Source: Bacteroidales bacterium (GTDB lineage Bacteria > Bacteroidota > Bacteroidia > Bacteroidales > UBA1402). From it: a stretch of 64,000 bases of DNA. The stretch's first letter is position 1. The number at the start of each line of letters is the position of its first letter. The stretch spans positions 139 to 64,138 of the forward strand of contig JAQUTN010000002.1 of assembly GCA_028694375.1 (NCBI GenBank), read 5' to 3'. Below the pieces are notes generated by a model. The model did not search any database. It saw only the letters and a program-made list of their open reading frames with translations, and was not told the DNA's origin. This document shows, piece after piece, positions 37,957 to 48,820 of the stretch. The position numbers and the translations under genes are program-made.

Positions 37957-39225
37957 TTACAGGTACAAATAATCTAATAATAAGATTAGAGCCTGATGTA
38001 CTGCCTGCTCAATATTACCTATTCTATCCGATTGAAATTCAAACTTTCTGCACATAACTTGTTCTGAGTCGGCCAGGGCAATAAAGACTGTTCCGACGGG
38101 TTTTCCGATACTTCCACCTGTGGGGCCGGCTATTCCGCTCAGGGCAATGCCAATATCGCTTTTTAATTTGATCCTGACTCCATTAGCCATGGCTTCCGCC
38201 ACCTCTTTACTCACTGCACCTTTGGTCTGCAGTATAAGTTCAGGAACAGCCAGCAGCTCCTGTTTAACCTGATTGGCATAACTGATAATACCGCCCAAAA
38301 AATAAGCTGAACTGCCGGGAGCTCTGGTTAGCCTGGCTCCCACTGCTCCACCAGTACAACTTTCGGCCAGAGCAAGGCTAAGCCCTTTATTGCTGAGAAC
38401 CTGGCCCAGGGCTTCTTCCAGACTTTTGACCCCCTCGGCAAAAATGGCAGTTCCCAACAGACTTTTCAATTTGTCAAGATGAGAATCCAGAAGTTCGTTC
38501 AATCTGGTTTCATCGCTATTCTTTGCGGTAAGACGCAAAAGCATTACCGAACGTTGGGGAAGATAAGCCAGCTTGAGCTCAGGAGGCAGAGCATCTTCCC
38601 AATCGGAAATAAATTCTGCCAGGACAGCCTCAGGGTAGCCTTTTACCCAAATATATCGTTGAATGATAGGATGCGATTGTACTTTGCTTAGCAGGCGCGG
38701 CATTATCTCCTTTTCCATGCACCACATCATTTCCAGAGGAACTCCCGGCATGGAGACCAGAATTTTCCCGTCTTGTTCAAACCAGCTGACGGCTGCTGTG
38801 CCTTTGCGGTTGATAATGACTGTGCAAGCTTCGGGAACTTCGGCTTGTGAGCGGTTAAAACTGTTAATGGCCCACAAGCCCCGCTTGTTGAACAATTCCG
38901 TCATATTGTCGTACACAGCCTGATTGAAAACCAGTTTAGTATTAAAATAAGTACAAAGGCAATGTTTAGTAATATCGTCTTTGGTCGGGCCTAAACCGCC
39001 TGTCATCAAGACAATTCCGGAACCGGCCAGAGCTGAATCCAAAGCTTGAAAAATTGCCTGTGCATTGTCGGGAACCGATGTTATTTTATTCACTTCAAAT
39101 CCTGAACGATTCAAAAAAGAAGCTATCCAGGCTGAATTGCTGTCAACTATTTGTCCATTGACAATTTCGTCACCTATTGTGATTATTTCAACGTTCTTGA
39201 AGGCCGGTGTGAACGGGGTGTCCAT
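37957..39225 (-). CDS. CinA-family competence/damage-inducible protein (MoCF-biosynthesis domain plus NMN-deamidase domain)
   Basis: 422 aa. IITIGDEIVNGQIVDSNSAWIA, TGGLGPTKDD, and C-terminal ESCTGG. Confidence 0.8.
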   Translation of the reverse strand: MDTPFTPAFKNVEIITIGDEIVNGQIVDSNSAWIASFLNRSGFEVNKITSVPDNAQAIFQALDSALAGSGIVLMTGGLGPTKDDITKHCLCTYFNTKLVFNQAVYDNMTELFNKRGLWAINSFNRSQAEVPEACTVIINRKGTAAVSWFEQDGKILVSMPGVPLEMMWCMEKEIMPRLLSKVQSHPIIQRYIWVKGYPEAVLAEFISDWEDALPPELKLAYLPQRSVMLLRLTAKNSDETRLNELLDSHLDKLKSLLGTAIFAEGVKSLEEALGQVLSNKGLSLALAESCTGGAVGARLTRAPGSSAYFLGGIISYANQVKQELLAVPELILQTKGAVSKEVAEAMANGVRIKLKSDIGIALSGIAGPTGGSIGKPVGTVFIALADSEQVMCRKFEFQSDRIGNIEQAVHQALILLLDYLYL

Positions 39226-39235
39226 ATGGTATAAT

Positions 39236-40258
39236 TTAAATACTGACTCTGGAATAGGGCGTTGCGTCCATTCCGCAAAAATCCTGCTCTAAATATTTAT
39301 AATAACCGGCAACAGCAATCATAGCGGCATTGTCGGTGGTAAATGACAAAGGAGGAAGGTGAATGGTCCAGTCTTTTTTTAGTGCTGTTTCTTCGACAGC
39401 CTTGCGCAAGCCTGAATTGGCTGATACGCCTCCGGATAAAGCTATCTCCTTAATGTTGAATTCTTTGCTTGCCTTTATGAGTTTATCCATCAAGATGTCC
39501 ACAATAGTGGCCTGCAAGGATGCACATAAATCGGCCTGACGCTCACGGATAAAGTCTCCGTTTGTTGCCATTTCATCGCGCAAACGATACAAGAAAGAGG
39601 TCTTAAGTCCGCTGAAACTGTAGTCCAAACCCGGAATTTGTGGTTTGCTGAAACGAAAGGCGGCAGGAGCTCCGATAGCCGCCAAACGATCTATTTGCGG
39701 CCCGGCCGGATAATCCAGACCCAGCATTTTACCGCATTTGTCAAAAGCTTCTCCTGCGGCATCGTCTATAGTTTGTCCTATGATTTCCATCTCTTTGACT
39801 GAATGCACCAGCACCAATTGAGAGTTTCCTCCCGAAACCAGCAGACAGATAAACGGAAATTTGGGCTCTGGTTTATCCTTCCCTTCGATACGGATAAAAT
39901 GAGCCAAAATATGCCCTTGTAAGTGATTAACCTGAATCAGCGGCAAATCGAGTGAACGGGCCAATCCTTTGGCAAAAGAAGTACCAACCAGCAGGGAACC
40001 CATCAGGCCGGGGCCCAGGGTGAAGGCGATGGCGCTGAGCTCTTTTTTGTCTATTCCTGCCTGTTTAATGGCCTGGTCTACCACTGGAACTATGTTTTGT
40101 TCGTGGGCACGGGAGGCCAGTTCGGGTACAACACCGCCATAGGCTTCGTGAATTTTTTGACTGGCAATGACGTTGGACAAGAGGCTACGATCTTTTAAAA
40201 CAGCAGCAGAAGTATCGTCGCAGGAAGATTCTATCCCCAGAATGTATGCAGATTTCAT
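39236..40258 (-). CDS. tsaD: tRNA N6-adenosine threonylcarbamoyltransferase
   Basis: 340 aa. ILGIESSCDDTSAAV, GPGLMGSLLVG and VSGGVSAN motifs. Confidence 0.9.
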   Translation of the reverse strand: MKSAYILGIESSCDDTSAAVLKDRSLLSNVIASQKIHEAYGGVVPELASRAHEQNIVPVVDQAIKQAGIDKKELSAIAFTLGPGLMGSLLVGTSFAKGLARSLDLPLIQVNHLQGHILAHFIRIEGKDKPEPKFPFICLLVSGGNSQLVLVHSVKEMEIIGQTIDDAAGEAFDKCGKMLGLDYPAGPQIDRLAAIGAPAAFRFSKPQIPGLDYSFSGLKTSFLYRLRDEMATNGDFIRERQADLCASLQATIVDILMDKLIKASKEFNIKEIALSGGVSANSGLRKAVEETALKKDWTIHLPPLSFTTDNAAMIAVAGYYKYLEQDFCGMDATPYSRVSI

Positions 40259-40324
40259 AGATTTTCTTATTTTTGCCAGCTTATAGCCCTCTGAGTAAGG
40301 GCCTGCAAAAATACAATTTATCGC

Positions 40325-43300
40325 TTGAAAAAGAAAGGTTTTTATTGGCTATTTGCGTTGTTGGCAATCATTCTATTGCCGCTGCTTTTGCTGAATAACA
40401 ACAAGTTTCAGTACAGGCTGTTACAGCATTATGCCAAAGTGTTGGCTTTGGAATATAATCTGGAGCCTGACTTTGATTCATTTCATTTTCACATTGACAA
40501 GAGCATCCTCATTCAGTTTGAGGGGCTTAGCTTTGCTGATAGTTTGGGACAAGTCTTTTTTCATGCAGAAAGACTGGATATGGATGTGCGAACTCTGCCC
40601 CTGTTATTACACAGGCAGTTGGATTTTTCTAACATTAGGCTAATAGAGGCGGATTTACAACTCTACCGGATTTCCCACGACAGCCCACTGAATATAACCT
40701 ATCTTGACAAACTTTTCAAAACCGAGCGTCAAATCTTCAATTCCTTCAGTATATCTTCTCTGTTATTGAAAGATTGTTCCTTCAGCTATGATGTCATTAC
40801 TGCAGTTGATTTGTCCATGGAACCAAATCAGGCAGATAAAAAAGGATTCGATGTAAATCACATAGCGATACAGAAACTGAGTACTAAACTATCGGCTGAG
40901 ATTCCCCAAGAGGCTCCTCCAAGCTTGATTATTAACTCTTTTTCCATGGAGGAAAGCGGTGGATTTGTCATTAACGACTTGCTATTAAGAGTAATACTTG
41001 ATAAACAGAACCTCATATTGGATAATTTTAGCTTAGTATTACCAAAATCGAGTTTGGAAATGGATAGTCTGAAACTTAGTTATGATACGAATTCAGAAGG
41101 CCAGCCAGAATTCTTTGTATTAAAAGATCCGGTCGCGATGAACTTGTCTCTGCATTTTTCTGATATCAACTCTTTTCTACCAGCTAATTTGCAACTTGAA
41201 AACAGCAATGCTGATTTGGCTTTTACCCTTAGTGGCGGAGAAAACAACCTGGAGATGAACGAGCTTCGTTTTCAAATGGATAGCGTAGTGTACTTCAATG
41301 GCAACGTCAACATAAATGAAATCAGGAATGAGAATCAGTTTAAATTGCTTTCTAATGTTGACTTTTTACATCTGCAACCGGAGGCCATACGCTTGCTGCA
41401 ACATGTTTTTTCTATCGAAGACAATGTAATACCTGAAGTAGTTTACAAGCTGGGAGCTTTGGATTTTTGTGGTTTAGTGGCTCTGGAGCCCGAGAACTGG
41501 ACTTTGACAGGCGAACTGTTGGCCGATCCGGGAAATTTGTCGATACTGGCACAAGTGGAATATTCTGCTTTGGATGCAATTTATGATTTCAATCTGAATT
41601 TAAATTCTGATTCCTATGCCTTAAACAATTTATTTGATAGTCGTATTGCCTTGGGAAGAACAGCTTTCGAAATAAACATAAACGGAAAAAAAGCTGGTAA
41701 TGATCCACCTATTGCTGATTTAAACGCTGCATTCAAAAGCCTGCAAATAAATAACTACACTTATCATAATGTTATATTGGATGCCTATTACAACGGCCAT
41801 GGTTATTACCGGGCAAATCTGAACTCAAGGGATAAAAATTGTTTGTTGGATTTAGCAGTAACACTGAATGATCTGGGTGACGAGGCCACCATCAATTGTA
41901 ATCTGAAAGCCGACCGCATAGATTTACACAGCTTAAATTGGTTGTCGGCTGACAACGAGCATGGTTCAGCGCTTTCTTTCAATATGCAGGCCGATTTAAA
42001 AGGCAATACGCCTGAAGTGCTGCGAGGGCGTATAAATATTGATTCATTGCAATTCGAAAACAACGATGAATTGTTTGAACTGGACAATTTCTATGCCTTG
42101 AGCGGCGACAATAAGGGTGAACGTTACTTATTACTTAAATCCGATCTTCTCGAAGGCTGGATGTATGGAGAAATTGATATAACAACTGTATTGGAGGATG
42201 CTCGCAACAAGGCATTTCAACGCTACTTCCCTGCCCTGCGGATCGCTAAATATGAGGAAATACACAGTGGAAATAACTACGACTTCCGTTTTAAGCTTAA
42301 CGATACCAGAAGCTTATCCCGGGCCTTGGGTCTGCCATTGAGTTTGCCATCAGGCCTGTCTTTTGAAGGATTTTTCAGAGATGAGACAGATAAGTTTGCT
42401 CTCAAACTCAATACAGAGGCCATTGTTTTTGACGGAATAGCTCTCCGGTCAGTGCAAAGCACGCTTGAGAATCCGTCAGATTCCTTGCAATGGCGTTTTA
42501 CCGGAATACTTGAAAGGGAAGATACCAGCAGTATTAATGTGGATTTTATAGCGAGGGCCTTGAATAATGAGTTATTTTGGGACACTTATTGGCATAGCGA
42601 TACCGGAGAAGTATACAAAATTAATTTGAGCAATATTATGCGATTTGAACGGGAGAATCCGAAATCCGCATTGAGCATATATTCCAGCTTCAATCCTTCG
42701 GAGCTTGTGTTGAGAGATTCTTTGTGGAGAATGGAATCCTCCGGTTTACTATGGGATGGAAAAAAGTTGATGGTCGATAATTTTCTTGTTCATCACAACA
42801 ATCAATACATTAAACTTGACGGTACACTGTCTGATAATAACGAAGATGAGTTTTGGATTGATTTGAACAAGGTGAATTTAGATTATATATTTGAGTTATT
42901 ACCTCAGAATGAAGAGTCTGTGCGTTTAGGAGGTAATATCAGCGGTGCGGCGCAAATTATCAACTTGTTTGAAGAACCCAAACTAAATGCCTCTTTAAGT
43001 GCCGAAAATTTTTCTCTGAATAAAGCAGTTCTGGGAGATCTGAATTTTAATTCAAGCTGGAATGAGGAGATTTCCGGTATAGAAATGAGCGGCATCCTAT
43101 TTGACAGAGGATTACAGATTGCCAAAGCCCGGGGGGGTATATTTCCGGCGGCCGATTCTATCTATTTATGGATAGATGCACAAAAAGCAAGACTCTCATT
43201 TATAGGAAGCTTTATTGATGATGTCATTGAAAATCTTGATGGTTACGGCAGCGGATTTGTTGAGATTGCCGGCACATTTAGCGACCGTAAGGTTGGTGTT

Positions 43301-44854
43301 AAAAGTGATTGTTACGTGGAAGAGGGAGTAATCGGAGTGGACTTGCTCCATTGCAATTACTATTTCAACGATTCCATACACCTGACGCCTCAGGGTATTT
43401 TTTTTAATAGTATCAATGCAAGAGACAGCGAGGGTAATCTTGCGATAATTAACGGAGCCATCAGATATAATTATTTTGAAGATATTGCCTTGGATCTGAA
43501 TATACAAACGGATAAACTTAAGGTTTTTGATATTGAACCCTCCTATGCCGAACCATTCTACGGCAGAGTGTATGCCAGCGGTACGGCTATGTTGAACGGT
43601 CCCCTGGAAGACATACAGATGGATATCAATATGCGCACCGACGAGCGCAGCAGTTTTGCCATAACCCTGCTTGAAGAATCTGAGGTCAGCGATTACAGTT
43701 TTATAGAATTTGTTGACAGGGACAAAGAGCCTAAAAAAGATAGTATTCAAGAGCAGCAGAACTTGTTGATACCTATTGTACGGCAGACAGCAGAAGCTTC
43801 CGCTTCGAGGCTTAATTTGAACCTGCAGATTGAGGCTACGCCTTCGGCCGAAATCGTTTTGGTAACCAATCCCGGTACCGGAGACGAAATCAGAGGGCGC
43901 GGAACCGGCAGCATCCGACTGGTTTACAACAATACCGGCGATATTGAGTTATACGGACGTTACACCTTGGAATCGGGCAGTTATCAGTTTATTATTCAGG
44001 ACCTTTTACGAAGGGATTTTAATATTTTAAATGGAAGCACCATCAATTTCTCCGGCGATCCCCTGGAAGCCGATATGAATATTAACGCCATTTATTCGGT
44101 GGTAAATGTGTCGCTTAGCGATTTACTGGACGAAGCCGAAATAGCTTCTTTAAATTTGAATCGCAGCAGTATTCCGGTCAACTGTACCTTGTTGTTAACC
44201 GGTGAACTGCAACATCCCACTATACAATTGGGACTGGATTTTCCTTCGGCTGACGAGGAATTGAAACGCCGGGTTATGAACGTAATCAACACAGATGAAA
44301 TGCTTAACCGGCAAATTGTCTATTTGATGCTGTTAAATCGTTTTACCGCAGCCGAAAATTCGCTGGCCCAAACCAATAATAACGTAAATGCCGTTGTAGG
44401 TGCTACCCTCTCGTCGCTTTCGAGTCAGTTGAATAATATGATTTATCAGGCACTGGGTTCTTCCTTCCTGACTTTTGACTTCAATTACCGTTACGACGAT
44501 CTTGTAGCACAAGGCCTGGGAGAATGGCAGTTAGCGATGAGCAGTCAGCTGATGGACAACAGGTTAATTATCAATGGTAATATTGGATCCCGCGAAGATC
44601 TGGTCAATAACAATACCCAATTCATCGGCGACTTTGACCTGGAGTACAAATTCTCACAGTCCGGACGCTGGAGGTTGAAAATGTTCAATCGTTCCAACGA
44701 CAGTCGTTACTTTAAATCGGCCATGACCACCCAGGGAGTTGGCCTGGGCTACCGTGAAAGCTTTAATAATCTATTGGAGCTAAGACAGTTGTTTGCAGAG
44801 CGCATTGCCGCTCAAATTATCAAAAGCCTGAACGAATCAGATCTGAAGAAATAA
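40325..44854 (+). CDS. tamB: translocation/assembly module protein TamB (DUF490)
   Basis: 1509 aa. N-terminal anchor WLFALLAIILLPLLLL and a long beta-rich repetitive body. The C-terminal segment (GDFDLEYKFSQSGRWRLKMFNRSN...GVGLGYRESF) is typical of DUF490. The only start that keeps the anchor is TTG 40325. Confidence 0.8.
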   Translation: MKKKGFYWLFALLAIILLPLLLLNNNKFQYRLLQHYAKVLALEYNLEPDFDSFHFHIDKSILIQFEGLSFADSLGQVFFHAERLDMDVRTLPLLLHRQLDFSNIRLIEADLQLYRISHDSPLNITYLDKLFKTERQIFNSFSISSLLLKDCSFSYDVITAVDLSMEPNQADKKGFDVNHIAIQKLSTKLSAEIPQEAPPSLIINSFSMEESGGFVINDLLLRVILDKQNLILDNFSLVLPKSSLEMDSLKLSYDTNSEGQPEFFVLKDPVAMNLSLHFSDINSFLPANLQLENSNADLAFTLSGGENNLEMNELRFQMDSVVYFNGNVNINEIRNENQFKLLSNVDFLHLQPEAIRLLQHVFSIEDNVIPEVVYKLGALDFCGLVALEPENWTLTGELLADPGNLSILAQVEYSALDAIYDFNLNLNSDSYALNNLFDSRIALGRTAFEININGKKAGNDPPIADLNAAFKSLQINNYTYHNVILDAYYNGHGYYRANLNSRDKNCLLDLAVTLNDLGDEATINCNLKADRIDLHSLNWLSADNEHGSALSFNMQADLKGNTPEVLRGRINIDSLQFENNDELFELDNFYALSGDNKGERYLLLKSDLLEGWMYGEIDITTVLEDARNKAFQRYFPALRIAKYEEIHSGNNYDFRFKLNDTRSLSRALGLPLSLPSGLSFEGFFRDETDKFALKLNTEAIVFDGIALRSVQSTLENPSDSLQWRFTGILEREDTSSINVDFIARALNNELFWDTYWHSDTGEVYKINLSNIMRFERENPKSALSIYSSFNPSELVLRDSLWRMESSGLLWDGKKLMVDNFLVHHNNQYIKLDGTLSDNNEDEFWIDLNKVNLDYIFELLPQNEESVRLGGNISGAAQIINLFEEPKLNASLSAENFSLNKAVLGDLNFNSSWNEEISGIEMSGILFDRGLQIAKARGGIFPAADSIYLWIDAQKARLSFIGSFIDDVIENLDGYGSGFVEIAGTFSDRKVGVKSDCYVEEGVIGVDLLHCNYYFNDSIHLTPQGIFFNSINARDSEGNLAIINGAIRYNYFEDIALDLNIQTDKLKVFDIEPSYAEPFYGRVYASGTAMLNGPLEDIQMDINMRTDERSSFAITLLEESEVSDYSFIEFVDRDKEPKKDSIQEQQNLLIPIVRQTAEASASRLNLNLQIEATPSAEIVLVTNPGTGDEIRGRGTGSIRLVYNNTGDIELYGRYTLESGSYQFIIQDLLRRDFNILNGSTINFSGDPLEADMNINAIYSVVNVSLSDLLDEAEIASLNLNRSSIPVNCTLLLTGELQHPTIQLGLDFPSADEELKRRVMNVINTDEMLNRQIVYLMLLNRFTAAENSLAQTNNNVNAVVGATLSSLSSQLNNMIYQALGSSFLTFDFNYRYDDLVAQGLGEWQLAMSSQLMDNRLIINGNIGSREDLVNNNTQFIGDFDLEYKFSQSGRWRLKMFNRSNDSRYFKSAMTTQGVGLGYRESFNNLLELRQLFAERIAAQIIKSLNESDLKK

Positions 44855-44857
44855 GAT

Positions 44858-46339
44858 TTAATAAGCCCGGGCAAAAATCACCCGGCGGGCCGAAGGCTTG
44901 CCGCTAAAAATGCAGGTACCCGGAGTCTGGTCTCCATCCAAAGGAATACAGCGGATGGTTGCCTTGGTTTCGTTCTTAACCCGCTCTTCGGTTTCGGAAC
45001 TGCCGTCCCAGTGACAGGATAAAAAGCCCCCTTCTTCTATTTTTTCCTTGAATTCATCGTAGGAATTCACTTCAAAAGTATTTTTAGTGCGGAAGTCCAG
45101 AGCTTTTTGGTAGATGTTCTGCTGGATATCGTCAAGTAATTCTTTTACATAAAGTTCAATACCTTCCATCGAACGGGTTTCCTTGCTTAGAGTGTCTCTG
45201 CGGGCTACTTCTATGCTGTTGTTTTGCAAATCTCTTGCTCCCAGGGCCAGACGTACGGGAACCCCCTTGAGTTCGTATTCGGCGAATTTCCATCCAGGTT
45301 TTTTATTGTCGTTGTTGTCGTAACGTACACTAATGCCTAACTCTTTTAATTTCAACATTAAAGAGGCTACTTTCTCATCAATTTCTTTAAGTTGTTCGGC
45401 ATTTTTATAGATGGGAACGATTACGACCTGGAAAGGCGCCAGTGCAGGTGGCAAAACTAGCCCGTTGTCGTCGGAATGCGACATAATCAGGGCTCCCATT
45501 AAGCGTGTTGAAACTCCCCATGACGTAGCCCAAACGTAGTCTAGTTTGTTTTCTTTATTCAGGAAAGTAACATCAAAAGCTTTGGCGAAGTTTTGTCCTA
45601 AAAAGTGCGAAGTGCCCGATTGTAAAGCCTTGCCGTCTTGCATCAGGGCTTCGATGGTGTAGGTTTCCAGCGCACCTGCAAAACGCTCGTTAGCGGTCTT
45701 TACACCTTTAAGTACCGGCATGGCCATGTATTGCTCGGCAAAATCAGCGTACAATTTCAGTATTGTCAATGCTTCTGCTTCTGCTTCTGCCTTGGTAGCG
45801 TGGGCAGTATGGCCTTCCTGCCACAAAAATTCGGCGGTGCGCAAAAACAGCCTGGTGCGCATTTCCCAGCGAACCACATTAGCCCATTGATTGCACAAAA
45901 TGGGCAAATCTCTGTAAGATTGTATCCAGTCTTTATAGGTGTTCCAAATAATGGTTTCCGAAGTAGGCCTTACTATCAGTTCTTCTTCGAGTTTGGCTTC
46001 TGGATCTACTATCAGCTGGTCTCCATCAGTAGATTTCTTCAACCTGTAATGGGTTACAACGGCGCATTCTTTGGCAAAACCTTCCACATGTTCGGCTTCA
46101 CGGCTCAAAAACGACTTGGGAATAAACAAAGGGAAATAGGCATTTTGGTGTCCGGTCTCCTTGAACATTTTGTCCAATTGAGCCTGCATCTTTTCCCAGA
46201 TGGAATATCCATAGGGTTTGATTACCATACAACCTCTGACGGCAGAGTTTTCTGCCAGATCAGCTTTATTGACTAAATCGGTATACCATTGTGAATAATT
46301 CTCGCTGCGAGAGCACAATTCCTTCAATTCCTTTGCCAT
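44858..46339 (-). CDS. proS: proline--tRNA ligase (archaeal/eukaryotic-type)
   Basis: 493 aa. The N-terminus (...[30 protein letters not shown]) and class II motifs are typical of this ProRS type. Confidence 0.9.
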   Translation of the reverse strand: MAKELKELCSRSENYSQWYTDLVNKADLAENSAVRGCMVIKPYGYSIWEKMQAQLDKMFKETGHQNAYFPLFIPKSFLSREAEHVEGFAKECAVVTHYRLKKSTDGDQLIVDPEAKLEEELIVRPTSETIIWNTYKDWIQSYRDLPILCNQWANVVRWEMRTRLFLRTAEFLWQEGHTAHATKAEAEAEALTILKLYADFAEQYMAMPVLKGVKTANERFAGALETYTIEALMQDGKALQSGTSHFLGQNFAKAFDVTFLNKENKLDYVWATSWGVSTRLMGALIMSHSDDNGLVLPPALAPFQVVIVPIYKNAEQLKEIDEKVASLMLKLKELGISVRYDNNDNKKPGWKFAEYELKGVPVRLALGARDLQNNSIEVARRDTLSKETRSMEGIELYVKELLDDIQQNIYQKALDFRTKNTFEVNSYDEFKEKIEEGGFLSCHWDGSSETEERVKNETKATIRCIPLDGDQTPGTCIFSGKPSARRVIFARAY

Positions 46340-46458
46340 TGTTTTTTAATCTAAAATTTTCTTGAAGGCGCAAAATTACTAAAAAGATTTGTTGGGGATA
46401 CACATTAATTACTTAAATTAGCAGCTTGTTTTATATAGAGAAAATTAAATATAAGCTT

Positions 46459-47406
46459 ATGTTCGAATCTTTATCGGTCCTGGATCAAGTGACCATTAAC
46501 TTCTCTGCCGCGGGTACTCACCTGGTAAATAGTATTTTAGCTTTAATCATGTTTGGAGTTGCCCTGGATATTCGTCTGGGCGTTTTCAAAGAAGTATTGG
46601 TAAAACCCAAAGCGCTGATAACAGGGCTTGTTTCCCAACTTATACTGCTGCCTGTGGTGACTTTTTTACTCATTATTATTTTCCATAAATGGCTCACACC
46701 TACTGTCAGCATGGGAATGATTCTGGTTTCGGCCTGTCCGGGAGGCAATATTTCAAACTTTATGACCAATCTGGCCAAAGGCAAAACGGAGTTATCGGTC
46801 AGTATGACTGCTGTCAACACCGCTATTGCCATTTTTATGACGCCTTTGATCTTTAAAATATACGGAGGTTTATATGTGGATTATATGGCTAAAGCTTCCG
46901 ACAATTTGTTGCAACCCATCTTTATTCCATTGGGCCAAATGTTCTATACGATTTTTATACTCTTGGGAATTCCTTTGACTTTGGGTTTGTTGTGTACCCA
47001 TTTCTTTCCGAAATTCTCAAAAAAAATATCCCCTACATTTCGTAAAGCCTCTATGGCGCTCTTCTTGTTGATTGTCGTAATGGCTTTTTCCAACAATTTT
47101 GACCTGTTTCTGAAGCATATCCAATGGATCTTCCTTATTGTTCTTATACATAATGGAATGGCCTTGCTTACAGGTTTTTCATTTGCCTCTTTACTCCGTG
47201 TAAATCGCAAAGAACGTAGAGCAATAACTATAGAGACAGGTATTCAAAATTCTGGCCTGGGCCTGGCCTTGTTGTTTAATCCCAAAATATTTCCTCCCGA
47301 AATGGCCATAGGCGGTATGCTTTTCATCACAGCCTGGTGGGGAATCTGGCATATCGTATCGGGTTTGGGACTTTCCTATTCCTGGTCAAAAAAACCCTTA
47401 GATTAA
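46459..47406 (+). CDS. bile acid:sodium symporter (BASS) family transporter
   Basis: Start moved to ATG 46459. ACPGGNISNF motif and about 9 hydrophobic segments. Confidence 0.75.
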   Translation: MFESLSVLDQVTINFSAAGTHLVNSILALIMFGVALDIRLGVFKEVLVKPKALITGLVSQLILLPVVTFLLIIIFHKWLTPTVSMGMILVSACPGGNISNFMTNLAKGKTELSVSMTAVNTAIAIFMTPLIFKIYGGLYVDYMAKASDNLLQPIFIPLGQMFYTIFILLGIPLTLGLLCTHFFPKFSKKISPTFRKASMALFLLIVVMAFSNNFDLFLKHIQWIFLIVLIHNGMALLTGFSFASLLRVNRKERRAITIETGIQNSGLGLALLFNPKIFPPEMAIGGMLFITAWWGIWHIVSGLGLSYSWSKKPLD

Positions 47407-47434
47407 GCAAACACTTTTTAATTGTTCTTTTGTA

Positions 47435-48790
47435 GTGTATCTTTTCAGTTCAAAAAAAGAGATTGAACGCAACTCATTGTTGTATGTCTTGCTGCGTTTT
47501 TATTCTCGCATTTGCTTTCGTTGTTTTTATAGAAACATTCGATATACCGGTTGGGAAAACATTCCCAAAAATGGGCCGGTACTTTTTGCCCCCAATCATC
47601 AGAATGCCTTAATGGACGCACTTGCTGTGCTGCTTTGGCAAAAAAAGCCCGTCGTTTTTATGGCCAGAGCCGATATGTTTCAAAAAAACTGTGTCAGCTA
47701 TCTGTTGCGTCTCATCAAAATCATGCCTGTTTACAGGTTGAAAGACGGCTATTCCAAATTGAGCAAAAACGAGCAACAATTCAAAGAGGCTTGTAGCGTG
47801 CTTATTAACAACGGCAACTTATGTCTGATGCCCGAAGGCAGTCAGGACGGCCACCGTCGGCTCAGGCCTTTGGTCAAAGGTTTATTCCGTATTGCTTTCG
47901 AGGCGCAGCTGGCTATGGGGAAAAGCAGAGATGTACAAATTGTTCCCGTGGGAATAGATTATTCCGAATACGAAAAGCCCGGTGCTGATGTAGTGGTTCG
48001 TTTCGGTAAAGCAATAATCGTTTCGGATTATGTGGGTTTTTACGAACAGGATCAGATTATGGGGATGAATGTTTTGCGGAATGTTCTGGCTGAAAGGATA
48101 AAAGATTTGATAATAGATATTCAAAACAAAGATCATTACGAAGAAATCTACGGCTTGGCCCGCTTGCTGAGCCCGGCATATCTTAAAGCGGGGGCCTTGG
48201 AGAATTCGGCGCTTAACCGTTTTGAAGCTCGTCGTCAATTGAGTGGCAGATTCAAAGATTTATTCGATAAGCAGGAAGAGCTAAAACAAACAGTCGTACT
48301 TAAAGAATTTCACGATATTTACGATATTCTCCAAGGCACACAGGAAGAAAAATACTGTTTATTGGATGATTTAAGAAAAATGCTCAGGGATCAAACGCTT
48401 AAGTATCTTTTTACAGCTTTGGCCCTGATACCGGCATATCTGATAAATTGGCCGATACGAAAAATCATTAAGACTATTATAAAGCTTGACAAAGACCGAC
48501 AAATGCACAGTAGCTACCGTTTTGCCCTTTATGCCTTGTTGTTGCCCCTATATTATACAGTATTGAGCTTATTGCCGGTATTCTTGTTCAACTTGTCTTT
48601 GTCGAAGGCTGTGGTCTTGTTTTTTGTCTTTTTGCTGCTGGCCTGTAGCGGGGAACGCTACCTCTCTGCTTACGGTCGAAAAATCAGACTATGGAAGCTC
48701 CTGCGCAGGCAGCCTTCAGACTTGCGTTCCAACCTGATTTCTTCCCTGGATAAATTAGAAGACATTGGCCGGGATTTTTTTGTCGCATAG
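47435..48790 (+). CDS. PlsC-family lysophospholipid acyltransferase with a C-terminal membrane domain
   Basis: 451 aa. HX4D motif NHQNALMD and a PEGSQDG block. GTG 47435 is the first possible start after an in-frame stop. Confidence 0.65.
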   Translation: MYLFSSKKEIERNSLLYVLLRFYSRICFRCFYRNIRYTGWENIPKNGPVLFAPNHQNALMDALAVLLWQKKPVVFMARADMFQKNCVSYLLRLIKIMPVYRLKDGYSKLSKNEQQFKEACSVLINNGNLCLMPEGSQDGHRRLRPLVKGLFRIAFEAQLAMGKSRDVQIVPVGIDYSEYEKPGADVVVRFGKAIIVSDYVGFYEQDQIMGMNVLRNVLAERIKDLIIDIQNKDHYEEIYGLARLLSPAYLKAGALENSALNRFEARRQLSGRFKDLFDKQEELKQTVVLKEFHDIYDILQGTQEEKYCLLDDLRKMLRDQTLKYLFTALALIPAYLINWPIRKIIKTIIKLDKDRQMHSSYRFALYALLLPLYYTVLSLLPVFLFNLSLSKAVVLFFVFLLLACSGERYLSAYGRKIRLWKLLRRQPSDLRSNLISSLDKLEDIGRDFFVA

Positions 48791-48820
48791 GGCAATTTCT
48801 GCTAACTTTGTTCTTTCTTA

